Below are positions 9,573-25,800 of a stretch of DNA of 64,000 bases, one piece after another. Source of the stretch: Candidatus Fredericiella danica (GTDB lineage: Bacteria; Chloroflexota; Anaerolineae; Caldilineales; Caldilineaceae); assembly GCA_016713335.1 (NCBI GenBank), contig JADJPH010000034.1:9145-73144 (forward strand). The letters are read 5' to 3'. Positions within the stretch are counted from its first letter, which is position 1, and every line of letters starts with the position of its first letter. Position numbers and translations under genes: made by a program. A model generated the notes under the pieces. The model had not been told where the DNA came from. It did no database searches and was given only the letters and a program-made list of their open reading frames with translations.

Positions 9573-10502
9573 ATGACGACGACACTGGCGCCTACCCGCG
9601 GCCTTCACTCAAGAAGTATGCCTATCTTTCAATCGCTGCGGCCATCGTGACGATTGGTCTCAAGATGGGTGCGTTTCTGCTGACCGGTTCAGTGGGTCTG
9701 TTGTCTGACGCTGGAGTCCATGGTGAATCTGGTGGCGGCCGCGGTAGCGCTGGTCATGCTGTCGATTGCTGAGCGGCCGCCGGATGAGGATCATACGTTT
9801 GGGCACGATAAGGCTGAGTACTTCTCCAGTGGCGTTGAGGGCGGGTTGATCATCATTGCGGCCGTGACGATTGCCTGGACGGCCATCAATCGCTTGCTGA
9901 ATCCCCAACCGTTGGAAAACATCGACCTCGGTTTAATTGTGTCGTTAGTTGCCTCGGCCATCAATTTCATTGTTGCCCGCATTCTCCTCAGTGCCGGTAA
10001 GAAGTACCGATCAATTACGCTGGAGGCCGACGCCAAGCATTTAATGACCGATGTCTGGACGTCGATCGGCGTCCTGGTCGGTGTCTTTGCGGTTCAACTC
10101 ACGGGATGGCTGCCGCTCGACTCGATTGTCGCCCTGGCGGTGGCCGCCAACATCGTCTGGTCCGGCTACCACTTGATGCGGCGCTCGGCGCTGGGGCTGC
10201 TGGATACGGCGATCTCGCAGGAAGATCGCGACAAAGTGAATGCGGTCTTTGCAAAGTATGCGGCTGATGACGGCGTGGAGTTTCACTCTGTGCGCACACG
10301 CCAGGCCGGCCAACGGCAGTTCATCTCGACCCATGTGTTGGTGCCTGGCGACTGGACGGTGCAGCACGGCCATGATCTTCTGGAAGAGATTGAGGCGGAA
10401 ATCCGGACGACATTGGATGGGGTGACAACGGTATTCACGCATTTGGAACCGTTGGAAGACCCAGTCTCCATGGCGGACATCGGCATTGACCGCAGCGGTT
10501 GA
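9573..10502 (+). CDS. Cation diffusion facilitator (CDF) family transporter (about 2 frame breaks near 9595 and 9708)
   Basis: [38 protein letters not shown] / MVNLVAA...[15 protein letters not shown]...[13 protein letters not shown], plus a C-terminal cytoplasmic domain. Confidence 0.8.
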
Positions 10503-10811
10503 GTCCAGCGTACCAATGGCATTTTACAGGTCGCCGGATTTGGCGGTAGGCAGTAGAACGATTATCCTATACTTACCGACCGGTTAGTAAGTGATCGGTG
10601 GCGTAGTTTGATTGTTTATCTGGCGGGCGGTGGTATGCGGCCCGGCGGCGGCGAGTGTTGCCGGGCCCGCCACGTGGCAATGGCTGCGGCGGGAATTGGG
10701 GGTCTCCGGTTGGGTGTGGTGAGCACAACTGCCCATATCCGGCTGTACTGAAATGCGCAGTTCGTGCATGTTCGACAGGTAAGCGAATTTAGTAAGTAGA
10801 AAGGAATCTGA

Positions 10812-11252
10812 ATGTACCCTCTGATCGTAGCAACCCACAACCTCATGCGTTGGGTCGTCGTCATCCTCGCCATCTATGCCCTCGTCCGCGTTTATATGGG
10901 ATGGCTTGGCAAGAAGGAGTTCACCGAGACTGATCGGAAAGCGCTTTCGTTCTCTTCCATTGGCCTGGACATCCAGGTGTTGCTGGGCCTGGTGGTGTAT
11001 TTCATGGGGGGATGGTTCAACGTCTTTGGCAACATGGGATCGGCTTCTGGTAAAGTACGCTTCTATGGCGTTGAGCACATCACGATGATGCTGATTGCGG
11101 TTGTCCTGGCGCACCTGGGTGTGGTGATGAGCAAGAAAGCCGCCACCCCGGCAGGGAAGTTCAAGCGCGCGGCGATCTACGTCACACTGTCGGTGCTTGC
11201 GGTGCTTGTCGGCATCCCGTGGCAGTACAGCAATTTGCTGCCGACGTTTTAG
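10812..11252 (+). CDS. Hypothetical integral membrane protein (4 predicted TM helices)
   Basis: 146-aa ORF with a GAAAGGA RBS and hydrophobic periodicity. No family was recognised. Confidence 0.5.
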   Translation: MYPLIVATHNLMRWVVVILAIYALVRVYMGWLGKKEFTETDRKALSFSSIGLDIQVLLGLVVYFMGGWFNVFGNMGSASGKVRFYGVEHITMMLIAVVLAHLGVVMSKKAATPAGKFKRAAIYVTLSVLAVLVGIPWQYSNLLPTF

Positions 11253-11294
11253 CCTTTGGCAACGTTGGAAGTGGCCCAGTGTGGGAGGTGTCAC

Positions 11295-11875
11295 ATGTCC
11301 GACACAATGGACAGCCATGACGCCATTCTGAGTGCCGCGAAACACCTGTTTATGCAACAGGGGTTTCGCGGCATTTCGATGCGGCAGATCGCAGAAGCGG
11401 TCGGCGTCACCAAAGCTGCACTCTATTATCATTTTCCCGGGACAAAGAGGATCTCTTTGTCGCCATCGTTGCCAGTTATCTGGAAGACCTTGGTAAATTG
11501 ATCGCCGATGCCTCTGCCGAAGGCTGCACCAGCCGTGAGCAGATCGATGCCATCGTCCACCGGATTCTGTTGCAGCCGGTTGAGCAGCGGGCTATCTTGC
11601 GTTTGACCAGCCAGGAGTTGAGCAACGTCAGTGCGGAAACGCGGGCGCGCTTTCTTGAGCTCTACCATGAGCGTTTCATTGGTCGCATCACGGCCATCTT
11701 GCAGCACGGAATGGATACCCACGAACTGCGCCGGCTGGATCCCGGTCAAGCGACCTGGATGCTGCTGTGTATGATGTATCCATATTTTCAGGCGTCCCCC
11801 GGCGACCGGCTCGGCCCCACCAACGCGCAGATCGATCTATTGGTGTCGATCTTTTTTGACGGCCTCGCGGTTTGA
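11295..11875 (+). CDS. TetR/AcrR-family transcriptional regulator (frameshift at the CCCGGG run near 11436-11441)
   Basis: [43 protein letters not shown] / [17 protein letters not shown] continues in ORF 11498..11875. Confidence 0.85.
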
Positions 11876-11956
11876 CGCTGATTTTTGCTTTGCACGGGTC
11901 TGTACATGCCCCGCACCCGGCGTCGTAGGCCGGCTCAGGCAAAGCGTTCTCCACTC

Positions 11957-11972
11957 CTGGTCACTTGACCAG
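11957..11972. promoter_or_regulatory. Palindrome CTGGTCA-CT-TGACCAG, second copy of the candidate operator core
   Basis: Same 7+7 arms as 3433-3448. The site is intergenic, 152 nt upstream of the CBS-ACT gene that heads the PFOR string. Confidence 0.35.
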
Positions 11973-12123
11973 TTTTCCAACTACACTCCTGACTAACACC
12001 ATTCTCCCCACGTGCATGACGTCAGTGATGGCGTTCTGCTCTATAGTTGATCTGCCCGACACCTTCTGGTCCGTGCACAACGCATGTGCGCGGTATTCAA
12101 GAGCACTCAAGGAGGAATGCCCC

Positions 12124-16436
<4,313 letters not shown>

Positions 16437-16543
16437 ATCGTGATCTGAACTGGCCAGGGCGGGTAGTCCATAGCGAGACCACCCGCCTTGCGCCGGTCAC
16501 GCCGGAACCCATCACGGTTGCCATTCTTGAAAGGATATGTGTC

Positions 16544-17563
16544 ATGGTTGACCTCACTACAGATTATCTTGGTCTGACCCTTAAACACCCGGTCGTGCCC
16601 TCTGCATCGCCGCTTTCCGATGGGATTGATAAGATCCGCCGGTTGGAGGATGCAGGCGCCGCCGCCGTCGTGATGTACTCGTTGTTTGAAGAGCAGATCG
16701 TTGGCGAAAGCCACATCCTCGATCATTACCTTTCCTACGGCGCTGAGAGCTTTGCCGAATCGCTCAACTATTTCCCGGAAATGGATAGCTACAATGTTGG
16801 GCCGGGAGGGTACTTGGAGTTGCTCCGCAGAGCCAAAGAGGCAGTAGACATTCCCATCATCGCCAGCTTGAACGGCGTTTCGACGGGTGGTTGGGTTGAT
16901 TACGCGCGCATGATGCAAGATGCCGGCGCCGATGCGCTAGAACTGAACATCTACTACGTGGCGACCGACACCAAGATGACCGGGCTGGAAGTGGAGCAGA
17001 TGTACGTTGACGTTGTGAAAGATGTCAAAGCCAACATCTCGATCCCGCTCTCGGTCAAATTGGGGCCGTATTTCAGCTCATTTGCGAATATGGCGTTGAA
17101 GCTATCTGACGCCGGCGCCGATGGACTGGTGATCTTCAATCGTTTCTATCAACCGGACTTTGATCTGGAGCGATTGGAAGTTGTGCCAAACTTGATGCTG
17201 AGCACGCAATGGGAACTGCGCCTGCCGCTACGATGGGTGTCGATCCTCTACAAGCGTGTGCCGGTTGACTTTGCGATCACCAGCGGTGTGCATGGCTACG
17301 AAGATGTGATTAAGGGCTTGATGGCGGGCGCAAATGTGACGATGATGGCTTCTGAACTCTTGAAGAATTCGATCAAGCGCCTGGGCGTTGTTGTTCATGA
17401 ACTGGAAAACTGGCTCGAAGAGCACGAGTACGACTCAGTGCGCCAGATGCAGGGCAGCATGAGCCAGGCAAACGTTGCAGAACCGGCGGCGTTCGAGCGC
17501 GCCAACTATATGAAGGTTCTGCAGTCCTGGAAGTTCGACCCGACGGGCGTTCTAAAGCGATAG
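16544..17563 (+). CDS. Dihydroorotate dehydrogenase-like (class 1 TIM-barrel flavoprotein-like) protein
   Basis: [25 protein letters not shown]...IIASLNG...ELNIYY...[11 protein letters not shown]...GLVIFNRF...ITSGVH. It lies immediately downstream of PFOR. Confidence 0.75.
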   Translation: MVDLTTDYLGLTLKHPVVPSASPLSDGIDKIRRLEDAGAAAVVMYSLFEEQIVGESHILDHYLSYGAESFAESLNYFPEMDSYNVGPGGYLELLRRAKEAVDIPIIASLNGVSTGGWVDYARMMQDAGADALELNIYYVATDTKMTGLEVEQMYVDVVKDVKANISIPLSVKLGPYFSSFANMALKLSDAGADGLVIFNRFYQPDFDLERLEVVPNLMLSTQWELRLPLRWVSILYKRVPVDFAITSGVHGYEDVIKGLMAGANVTMMASELLKNSIKRLGVVVHELENWLEEHEYDSVRQMQGSMSQANVAEPAAFERANYMKVLQSWKFDPTGVLKR

Positions 17564-17602
17564 TGCAGAGCTCCACCCTGCACATGATCACGGAGGCGTT
17601 CC

Positions 17603-18992
17603 ATGACTAAGCGCAAAGTGCTGATCCCGATGGATGGCTCCGAATTCAGCCGGCAAATCGTGCGGACAGTTAAGGAGTTTCTTGACCCGCACGATGTGTC
17701 GCTCGTGTTGCTGCGTGTCGCAGCCACCGAGCGTGCCGCTGGAGATTCCATCTGCCCGTGACATGCTGGTTGGCAGTTATCCAACCTCAGGCTCCTATGA
17801 GGCCTACAATGCGGCCGTTGAGCGCAGCTACGCCATGGTGGAACATGAGATGGATAACCTGCGCGCCGAACTTGCGGAGGAGATGCGCACCGACGCCGAC
17901 TATCTGCGTGAGCAGGGATTCACCGTCAAGATCGATGTTCACTTCGGTGATCCCGCCCAGCGCATCGTCCAGTATGTGAACGACGAGCAAGTGAAGTTGG
18001 TGGCGATGGCGACGCATGGCCGCTCCGGGCTCAGTCGCCTTGTGTTGGGCAGCGTGGCCGAACGCGTCCTGCGGGGGGCATCGATTCCGGTGCTGTTGTT
18101 GCGACCGGAAGAAAACGTGGCTGAACGCAGCGCTACCAATCAGTTGGCGTCGGCGCTGGGCCAGACGAGCAGCTTGCGGCTGGCGGCGGCGACCGACGGC
18201 TCCCCCTTTGGCCAGCGTGCGGTGACGCTGGCGGGAAAGTTGCAGAACTCGCTCGGTGGGCAACTCACCGTGCTCGTCACCGCGACCGGGCGCGAAGGTG
18301 TGGGCCGCGCTCAGGAGACCATGAAGTCCATTGTCGAATTGGTGTCGGAGGTCAAGCCCCCACCGCAGATGGTTCCGCTCGTCGGCTATGCGGATGAGGT
18401 GCTGCTTTCCTACCTAAAAGAACATGCGTGCAACGTGCTGGTGGTTGGCGCCTTTGCCGACCGGAGCGCCGGCGGCGCGCACTCGGTGGGACCTACCGCA
18501 CACCGGCTTGTGCAAGAGGCGCCTGCCTCCGTCTTACTCATGAAGGGCAGCAGCCAGTCTTTTCGGAATCTGCTGGTCTGCGCGAGTGTCGACGACGAGG
18601 CCGTGGTGGCGGTCGCCGCACAATTTGCACAGGCGATGGGCGCAAGCCTGCGCCTGCTGCATGTGGCTCCCCCTTCGGCCGCGATCTATCTGCCGGAATC
18701 CGGTGGTGACAAGGTCAATATCGAAGCGGTGCTACAGCAGGGAACGCGCTTATCGAGCGTGATTCATGATTGGGAGCAGCGCCTGAAGGCGTATGGGTTT
18801 GACCGATCCGCCATCATGATCCAGCCCGGTTCGGCGCCGGAAGTGATCCTCCAGCACACGCGCGATGAGGATTATGATCTCGTCATCGTTGGCAGTGAGT
18901 CCAGCCCCGGGCACTTCCCGGGCAGTATTGCCAATACGGTCGTCCGGTTTGCCGATCAATCTGTCTTTCTGGTGCGAACGCGCACAAAATAG
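17603..18992 (+). CDS. Triple universal-stress-protein-domain protein (frameshift near 17725)
   Basis: GGAGG RBS, start [16 protein letters not shown]. Three USP-like units end in [52 protein letters not shown] and [20 protein letters not shown]. Confidence 0.8.
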
Positions 18993-19076
18993 GGCGCTTC
19001 CCACCTGTGCGATAACCCTGACCAACCAGCGAGCGTTCTGCCTGCTGGTTGGTGTTCGCCAGCAAGGAGGACTCCA

Positions 19077-19505
19077 ATGAACAAGCGACATCTGACCGAA
19101 GTGCAAGACTGGATGAGTGAACAGCCGGTGGTCATTGCGCCTGATGCAACCCTGGCTGAGGCATACCGGTTGATGCTGGAAAAGGAAGTGCGGCGCCTGC
19201 CGGTGGTCGAACGCGAACTGATTGGCATTGTGACCCTGGGTGACATCTTGCGTGGGACGCCGGTCACGAGTGACGATGTCGACACTGAGACGCAGTTGCT
19301 GCTCAGCGAGCGGCGCGTGCGCGACGTCATGACCTATGATCCCGTGACCATCAACCCGAGCGCCACCATCCAAGAGGCGGCGGAACGCATGCTGGAATAT
19401 CAGGTGAGCGGTCTGCCGGTGGTGCGCAACGGCAAGGTGGTCGGCGTCATCACGGAGAGTGATATCTTCCGCCTGGTTGTGGAGTCCTGGTCCGCAGAAG
19501 GCTAG
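19077..19505 (+). CDS. CBS-pair domain protein
   Basis: 142 aa with a GGAGG RBS. CBS motifs [19 protein letters not shown] and [19 protein letters not shown]. Confidence 0.8.
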   Translation: MNKRHLTEVQDWMSEQPVVIAPDATLAEAYRLMLEKEVRRLPVVERELIGIVTLGDILRGTPVTSDDVDTETQLLLSERRVRDVMTYDPVTINPSATIQEAAERMLEYQVSGLPVVRNGKVVGVITESDIFRLVVESWSAEG

Positions 19506-19892
19506 CTTCCCGCCTTTCGGGTGCGAACCACAATTTGTTTGGCCGCGCGTCACGATCACGTAGTGACGCGCGTAGTATTTGCTACATTTGACGTATACCT
19601 CTCTACCATCCACATGCTAAGGTTGTGATCGTGAAGTTTCGCTGAAATTGGCGGACTGCCGCCCGTTGAAGCTTGCTGCGCTGCGTTCTGCAAGCGCCAA
19701 TTTGGGGACGCTACGCCGCAAGCACAGCAACATCGCAACCAACTGAACTCCCGTCCAGCTAGCTTCGGCCAATCAGGCCGGCAAAAGCTGTTTGCCGCCC
19801 GTTGAACATGAAAAACAAAATATTCGGCATTCTTTGAGGGCCGTGCGTTCACCGCACTGCGCTCGCGATTCTCCTTGGAAGGAATCACGATC

Positions 19893-22800
19893 ATGAAGCT
19901 CCGCAACTATCACCTACGAAGCCTGGTGGGCATTTTTCTGCTTGCCGTTGTCTTTTGTTTGCTGGGCGTGGCATTTGCGCCCGTAGCCGCGCACGCTGCT
20001 GGGACGATCGGCACGGACATCGGCGATCCCACCGATCCGGCGCCGGCGACCCTTGGGGGCGGCGACGATCCGGTGTACGCCATGCGTCCCGCGAATGATT
20101 GTACTGAGGCTGTGGCTGAAGGTGCTCTTTGTCTGGAGTTGGCGGCGCCTTTTCCGAATATGGAGTCGATTTTATTCCCTGGGTCTGGACTGACGTATTA
20201 TGCGTCGGCCACTGGTTGGTTGAATGGTTACACCGGCCCCATGTATGTCACCGACGGGTCTTTCTCAACGATACTGACGCTTCCGCCTGGCACCGGTGCG
20301 TTCTATCTGTATTTTCGGCCACATGCCGACCCATTTGCGACCTTCACGGTCAATATCTACGACAAAGATGATGTGCTCCTCGATACGCTCACGACTACGC
20401 TATCTCGTGACGTCGCGTTCCCGATTACGATGTGGTCATTGACGGGTTCCGCCGAGATTCGTAAAGTCGAAATTACGACTGCCCCTGGCGTTAGCGTCGC
20501 CATCGGGCAGGTCGGCATCGCGACCGAACTACCGGAAGTCGCCATCAACAACTTCACTTGGGAGTACTTCAATCCGCCACCCGCCGATGCCGGCGAGACC
20601 TGGCTTGGCGGGCAGGGCTATCCGGTCGCAGGCGGCGAAATCCTGTACTCGTATGAGATCTGCAACAACGCGCTGGATCCCTACAACACCAATAGCTACG
20701 CTGAGGACATCCAGGTTGTCAGCCAGATCGTGCCGCCGGTGGTCAGCGACCAATATTCCAATACGCTGCCGCTGATGTGGTACATTGCCGACACCCTTGA
20801 ATTGAGCGGCACCGTCGGCAGTTGCAGCGATGACTGGACCGACGGTTACCAGATCACCTGCGCCATCGGTGATTTGGCCGCCAATGAATGCCGATCGTTC
20901 CAGGTCAAGACGTATATCAGCCCGCTGGCATTGGTCAATAGCGGGCCGGTTGGCGCGGTCAAGCAAGTGCAGGCCTACGCGATCTCCAGCAATTTTGTTG
21001 AAGGTCCAAATCAAGAGGAGGCGCAGCACATCATCCAGGCCCAGGCGGACTTGCAGTTGACGAAGACGCTGGTCCCCGGATCCGAGCGGCGTCCCCGGTC
21101 TGTACCTCTGCAGCATTGCGGGCGACAACCTTGGTCCCAGGCGCGCTTTTGTGGCCGTGCGTGACGACATTCTTGCCAGTGGCGCCTTCGAGCTGGTTTC
21201 TATCATTACAGACGCAGTGCACAGCCAGGTGACGCTCTCGCTCATTCCGGCGCCAGAAGGCGGGCAATCGCTCGAATTTGTGTTGCTAGACGCGCTGGAG
21301 CCGGTGTCGTGGCCTTTCCCGCCGTGGTTTGTCTCACCGGGCGCGATTGACTCATTCCCATGGCCGGGCCACGGGCGCTGGACGATTCAAATGCAACTGA
21401 GCGCGAGCGGGCCGCAGGTCGTCAGCAACTGCGCGGAGGTGTTCACGATCCATGCGCCCGACGGCTATGGCGCGCCGTCCACGTTTGTCCCCACGCCTGA
21501 CCCGAATAGCGCCAACAACCGCGCCTGCGTGAACCTCGACATTGCGGGAACGGCTGACCTCGCCATCGATAAGTCGTGGTCAATGCTGGATACGGAGACG
21601 CCGGTCGCCGGTGCGACCGTGGTCTATACACTCTCGGTTGCAAACCTTGGTCCAAGCGCTGCCAACAACGTCGTGGTCGAGGATATTTTGCCTGCTGGTC
21701 TTGCGGCCGGCACAGTCACCATTGTGCAGGCGTTCCCCGGCGCAGAATGCACTGTCGGTGTACCGGGTGACCCGGCGCAGCCCCTGCGCTGCAATATCGG
21801 CAATATTCAGGGTGTGGGCGCGGCTGGGGCGGATGGACTCGAGGTGGTCCTGACTGCGCAGATTGACCCGGCCTACTTCGCTGAGAATGCCGATCCGGTG
21901 CTGTTGTCATCGCCGTGGTTGAATAACAGCGCCAGGGTGGCGTCAGATACGTTTGACCCTGACATGTCCAACAATATGGCCACGGTGTCCATTGCGATCG
22001 GCGAGTCGACCACCTTCGAAGTCGATGTGTGGGGTGAGCCAGAATCGGTTGTGGCCGGCGAGGTCATGCAGTACCCAATAGTGCTGCTCAATCATGGCCC
22101 CAGCGTCGTGCGTGACTTCGACATCGACGTCAACACAGGGTTGCTGCCAGGGCGAATCACCGGATATCAGATAATGACCGGCGACGCGCAGTGTAACATC
22201 GGCGCCATGACCAGCACTGCGCTCGACTGCATCGGCGAGCGGCTGGGCGTTGGCTCGGACAATGCAGTCGAGATCGTTGCCACCGTGCTCATCGATCCGG
22301 GCGCCATGCCCGATGCCGATCCCCCGGAAGGCTATGAAGTGATGGTTTCCGCCTATGATGACACTGGCACGACGATCGTCACGGACACGACCCGGACCTA
22401 TGTTGCGACCTTTGCCGACCTGGAGGTCACCAAGACGGCCAGTACGAATACGCCGGTTGCCGGCGAAACGATGACGTTCGAGATCGTTGTATCAAATGCA
22501 GGGCCATCGACCGCGCGTAGTGTTGTGTTGACGGATGTATTGCCGGCCGGCATGTCCAGCCTGATCGACACACTTGGCTGTGGCGCCGCGTTGGAAGGCT
22601 GCTGGTTGGGGGATATCGATGCGGGGCAGCAGAAATCGGTGCAGGTGACAGTGCAGGTGGACGATGAGGTTCCCTGCGGAAGCACGCTCGATAACACCGT
22701 TCTTGTCTCGTCGGGTACGCAGGATCCGGATGGGATTGATCCCTCCACGACGGCGTCGGTCAGTGTGGCTTGCTTGAGCGATCTGCGGGTGCTGAAGTTC

Positions 22801-25800
22801 GGCAAGCCGGACGGAGCCGTGCGTGCGGGTGAGATGTTGACCTACACGGTGCTCGTCGACAACCTGGGGCCGAGTGCGGCTGAGGGTGCCAACGTCAAGG
22901 ATCTCTTTGCCGCTTCGATGCCATTTTCGGTCATCAGTATGACGTCCAATATCGCCTATGGCGAAGACATGACCTGCAACGTGGATCCCGCGACGCTGCC
23001 CGTCTATGTGAATTCGGCGCCTTATCAACTGCAGATTGAATGTACGCTTGCGGAAGAACTCCCGCCGCTCCAACCGGATGCCGGGCGCTGGACCCTCGAC
23101 TTCACTGTGGTGGCCCAGGCAGGCGGCAGCATCAACAATGTGGTGGCGGTGAGTTCGACGTCGTCCGATCCGGACCTGACCAATAATCAGGCGACCACGG
23201 CGCATGACGTCACTGCCGTTGCTGACCTTGAGATTACGAAGCGCGTGAGTGATTCGCTTGTGGCCGGAATGCCCGCCACTTACGTGATTGATGTGAACAA
23301 TCTTGGGCCTTCGGCTGCCGAGAATGTGGTGGTGATCGACAGTTTGCCTCCGGGATTCCAACCCACCGGCTATTCGATCCTGGATGGTGAGGGGCTCCCC
23401 TGGCCCGGCGCGTGCCAACTGGGCGGCGGCAGCAGCAGCACCGATCAGATGACCTGCGCACTCGGCGCACTTTCTGGCGAGTTCAAGGCCGCCGGCGCCT
23501 CGGGGCAGGTTGAGATCACAGTCGTGGGCGACCTGGATCCGAATATTGCGGACGGCACCTCGCTCAATAACGATGTCATGGTCGTTGCCGACACGCTCGA
23601 TGCCAACAACGGCAACAACTTTGCCTCGGTTGCGGCGCCGGTGAGCAACGCTGTCACCCTTCAGGCATCGAAACAAGCGATTGACCCATTTGTGTATGCC
23701 GGCAACGCGGTCAGCTTTATGATTTACGTCGAAAATGATGGGCCGTCGACGGCGCGTCACGTGCAGATTGACGACATGTTACCGCCTGGATTTGCGATCC
23801 TCAAACTTGTACCTGCATACGGCGAGATGACCTGTGCCTACGGTGGCAGTTCAATTGTGCTTGCGCACTGCACCCAGGATGCCCTGGAGCCGGGCGAACA
23901 TATGGCGGTGGTGATCGAGGCTGGCGTCCCTGCCTACTGGGATCAGGACACCTACACGAACACCGCCTACATCAAGGCCCAAAACCGCTACGAGGACGAC
24001 ATTGCGGTTGAAGCCGCGATCCCAGTTGTCCATGAAGCGTTGTTGAAAGTGACCAAAGCAGCCAGCGACAATACGCCAGCGACGGGCAGCCAGGTCACCT
24101 TTGACATTGCAGTCACAAATGAAGGTCCTAGCCAGGCGTGGGACGTGGTCGTGCAGGACGCCCTGCCGCTGGGTCTCACCTATGTCATGGATACGCGCGG
24201 TTGTGGCGTCGAGGCGCTTGCTGCGGGCCAGTGTGGGATCGGCAATGTGGGCCCTGGCGAGACTGCGCACATGCAGGTGGTCACGACGGTTGATATTGAC
24301 GCCGCGTGTGGAGTGGATCTCGTGAACCAGGCGACGGCGCAGGAGAATCTTTTCCAGAACATCAACAATACCGGCGGCACTGCTGCGGTCACGCCCCGTT
24401 GCGTCGCTGACTTGCGTCTGCAAAAGATGGGCAAACCAGATGGCACGGTCCGCGCCGGCGACACCATCACCTACACGCTGATTGTGGACAATCTTGGCGC
24501 CGGGTATGCCTATGACGTCAATATCATCGATCTCTTTTTTGGCTCGATGGCGTTTGACTGGGCCATCGTGGACTCGAATCTGGAGATGACGTGCGAAGAA
24601 GAGGACGGCAGTGTCACAGCCGCTCCCTTCATTGCGGATGAAGTAGAGTGTAGTCTGGATGAGCCGCTGCCGCCCCTACCAAGCGAAGAGAGCCGCTGGA
24701 TCCTGACACTGGCGGCCAGGGCAACCGAGGATGGAAGCCTGAATAACATGGCCACGGTCCACGCCGCGGGCAGCGTCGATCCTGATCTGAGCAACAACGT
24801 GGCCTCCTCCGCTCATCAGATTTCGGCCACCGCCGACCTGGTGGTGGCAAAGCAACTGCTGGATGCCGAGACGCTGGTCGCGGGCGTTGATGCCAGTTAT
24901 CAGGTGGACGTGACCAATCTGGGGCCGTCCATTGCAGAAGGGGTCATGCTTAAAGACTATCTACCTGCGGGTATGGAACTTACCGGCTATTCCGGTACGG
25001 GTGACCCAGGGGAGCATTTCTCGTGCTATGGCGGTGTGCCTGGTGCGGTGGACGCACCACTGGCCTGTTCTTTCGGCAACCTGGAACCCGGCGAGACGCA
25101 GACCATCATTGTCGGCGTCAGAGTGAATGCCGATGTGCCAGGTGGGATCTACCTGGCTAACTCCGTCACCGTTGATTCCAGCGCGTTTGATCCGAACATG
25201 CAAAACAACTACGCCCAGTCAAGCGCGCTGGTCGAAAACTCCGCGGATCTTCAGATTGAGAAAGCCAGTGTGCTGGACGCAGTGCTGGCGGGCAATGTGG
25301 TCGCGTATGATCTGACGGTCAGAAATATGGGGCCATCGATCGCACGGGATGTCAGGTTCTCCGACCTACTGCCGTTCGAGGGTGAGGTGCTGTCGGCACG
25401 GGTGCTGTATGGTGATGCAGACACCACGTGCGAAATCATGGGATCCATCACGCCGGGGATGATCTGCCAGGACGAGGACATGGATCCTGGCGAGTACATG
25501 GTCGTCAGACTGCAGGCGCAAGTCAGCGAACTTCAACTGGACGGGACGGTGACGAACGTTGCGACGGTTGTATCGGACACACCGGACCCTGATCTGACCA
25601 ACAACGAGGCAAGTGCGGAAACGCTGATCGTGCTGGCAAGCGCAGATGTGCAAATCTGGAAGTTCGGAGAACCTGATGAGGTGCTTGCCGGCGAACCCGT
25701 TGAGTACTGGATTGAAGTCTACAATGCGGGTCCGTCACCTGCTTATGATGTCTATGTGCAGGACTTCCTGCCGTTTGCAGGCGAGGTGTTAAGTGTAGCG

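Noticed and set aside
10573-10594. An imperfect palindrome ACTTACCGACCGGTTAGTAAGT and a repeated TTAGTAAGT (10583 and 10786), considered as a TetR operator.
   Set aside because: The match is imperfect (the inner arms mismatch) and there are only two short copies. It is plausible, but support is too weak to call.
10584-11432. A 282-aa minus-strand ORF.
   Set aside because: It overlaps the membrane-protein and TetR genes on the opposite strand. The translation is His/Arg-rich and not protein-like.
18750-19613. A 287-aa minus-strand ORF spanning the USP 3' end and the CBS gene.
   Set aside because: It is antisense to two well-supported plus-strand genes, shows no recognisable motifs and has skewed composition.
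22492-23760. A 422-aa minus-strand ORF. Similar long antisense ORFs lie at 20529..21245, 23851..24423, 26908..27771 and 26943..27533, all inside the giant gene.
   Set aside because: They are Arg/Gly/His-rich and low-complexity, lack start context, and are fully antisense to a strongly supported repeat-protein frame. This is the typical artefact of high GC.
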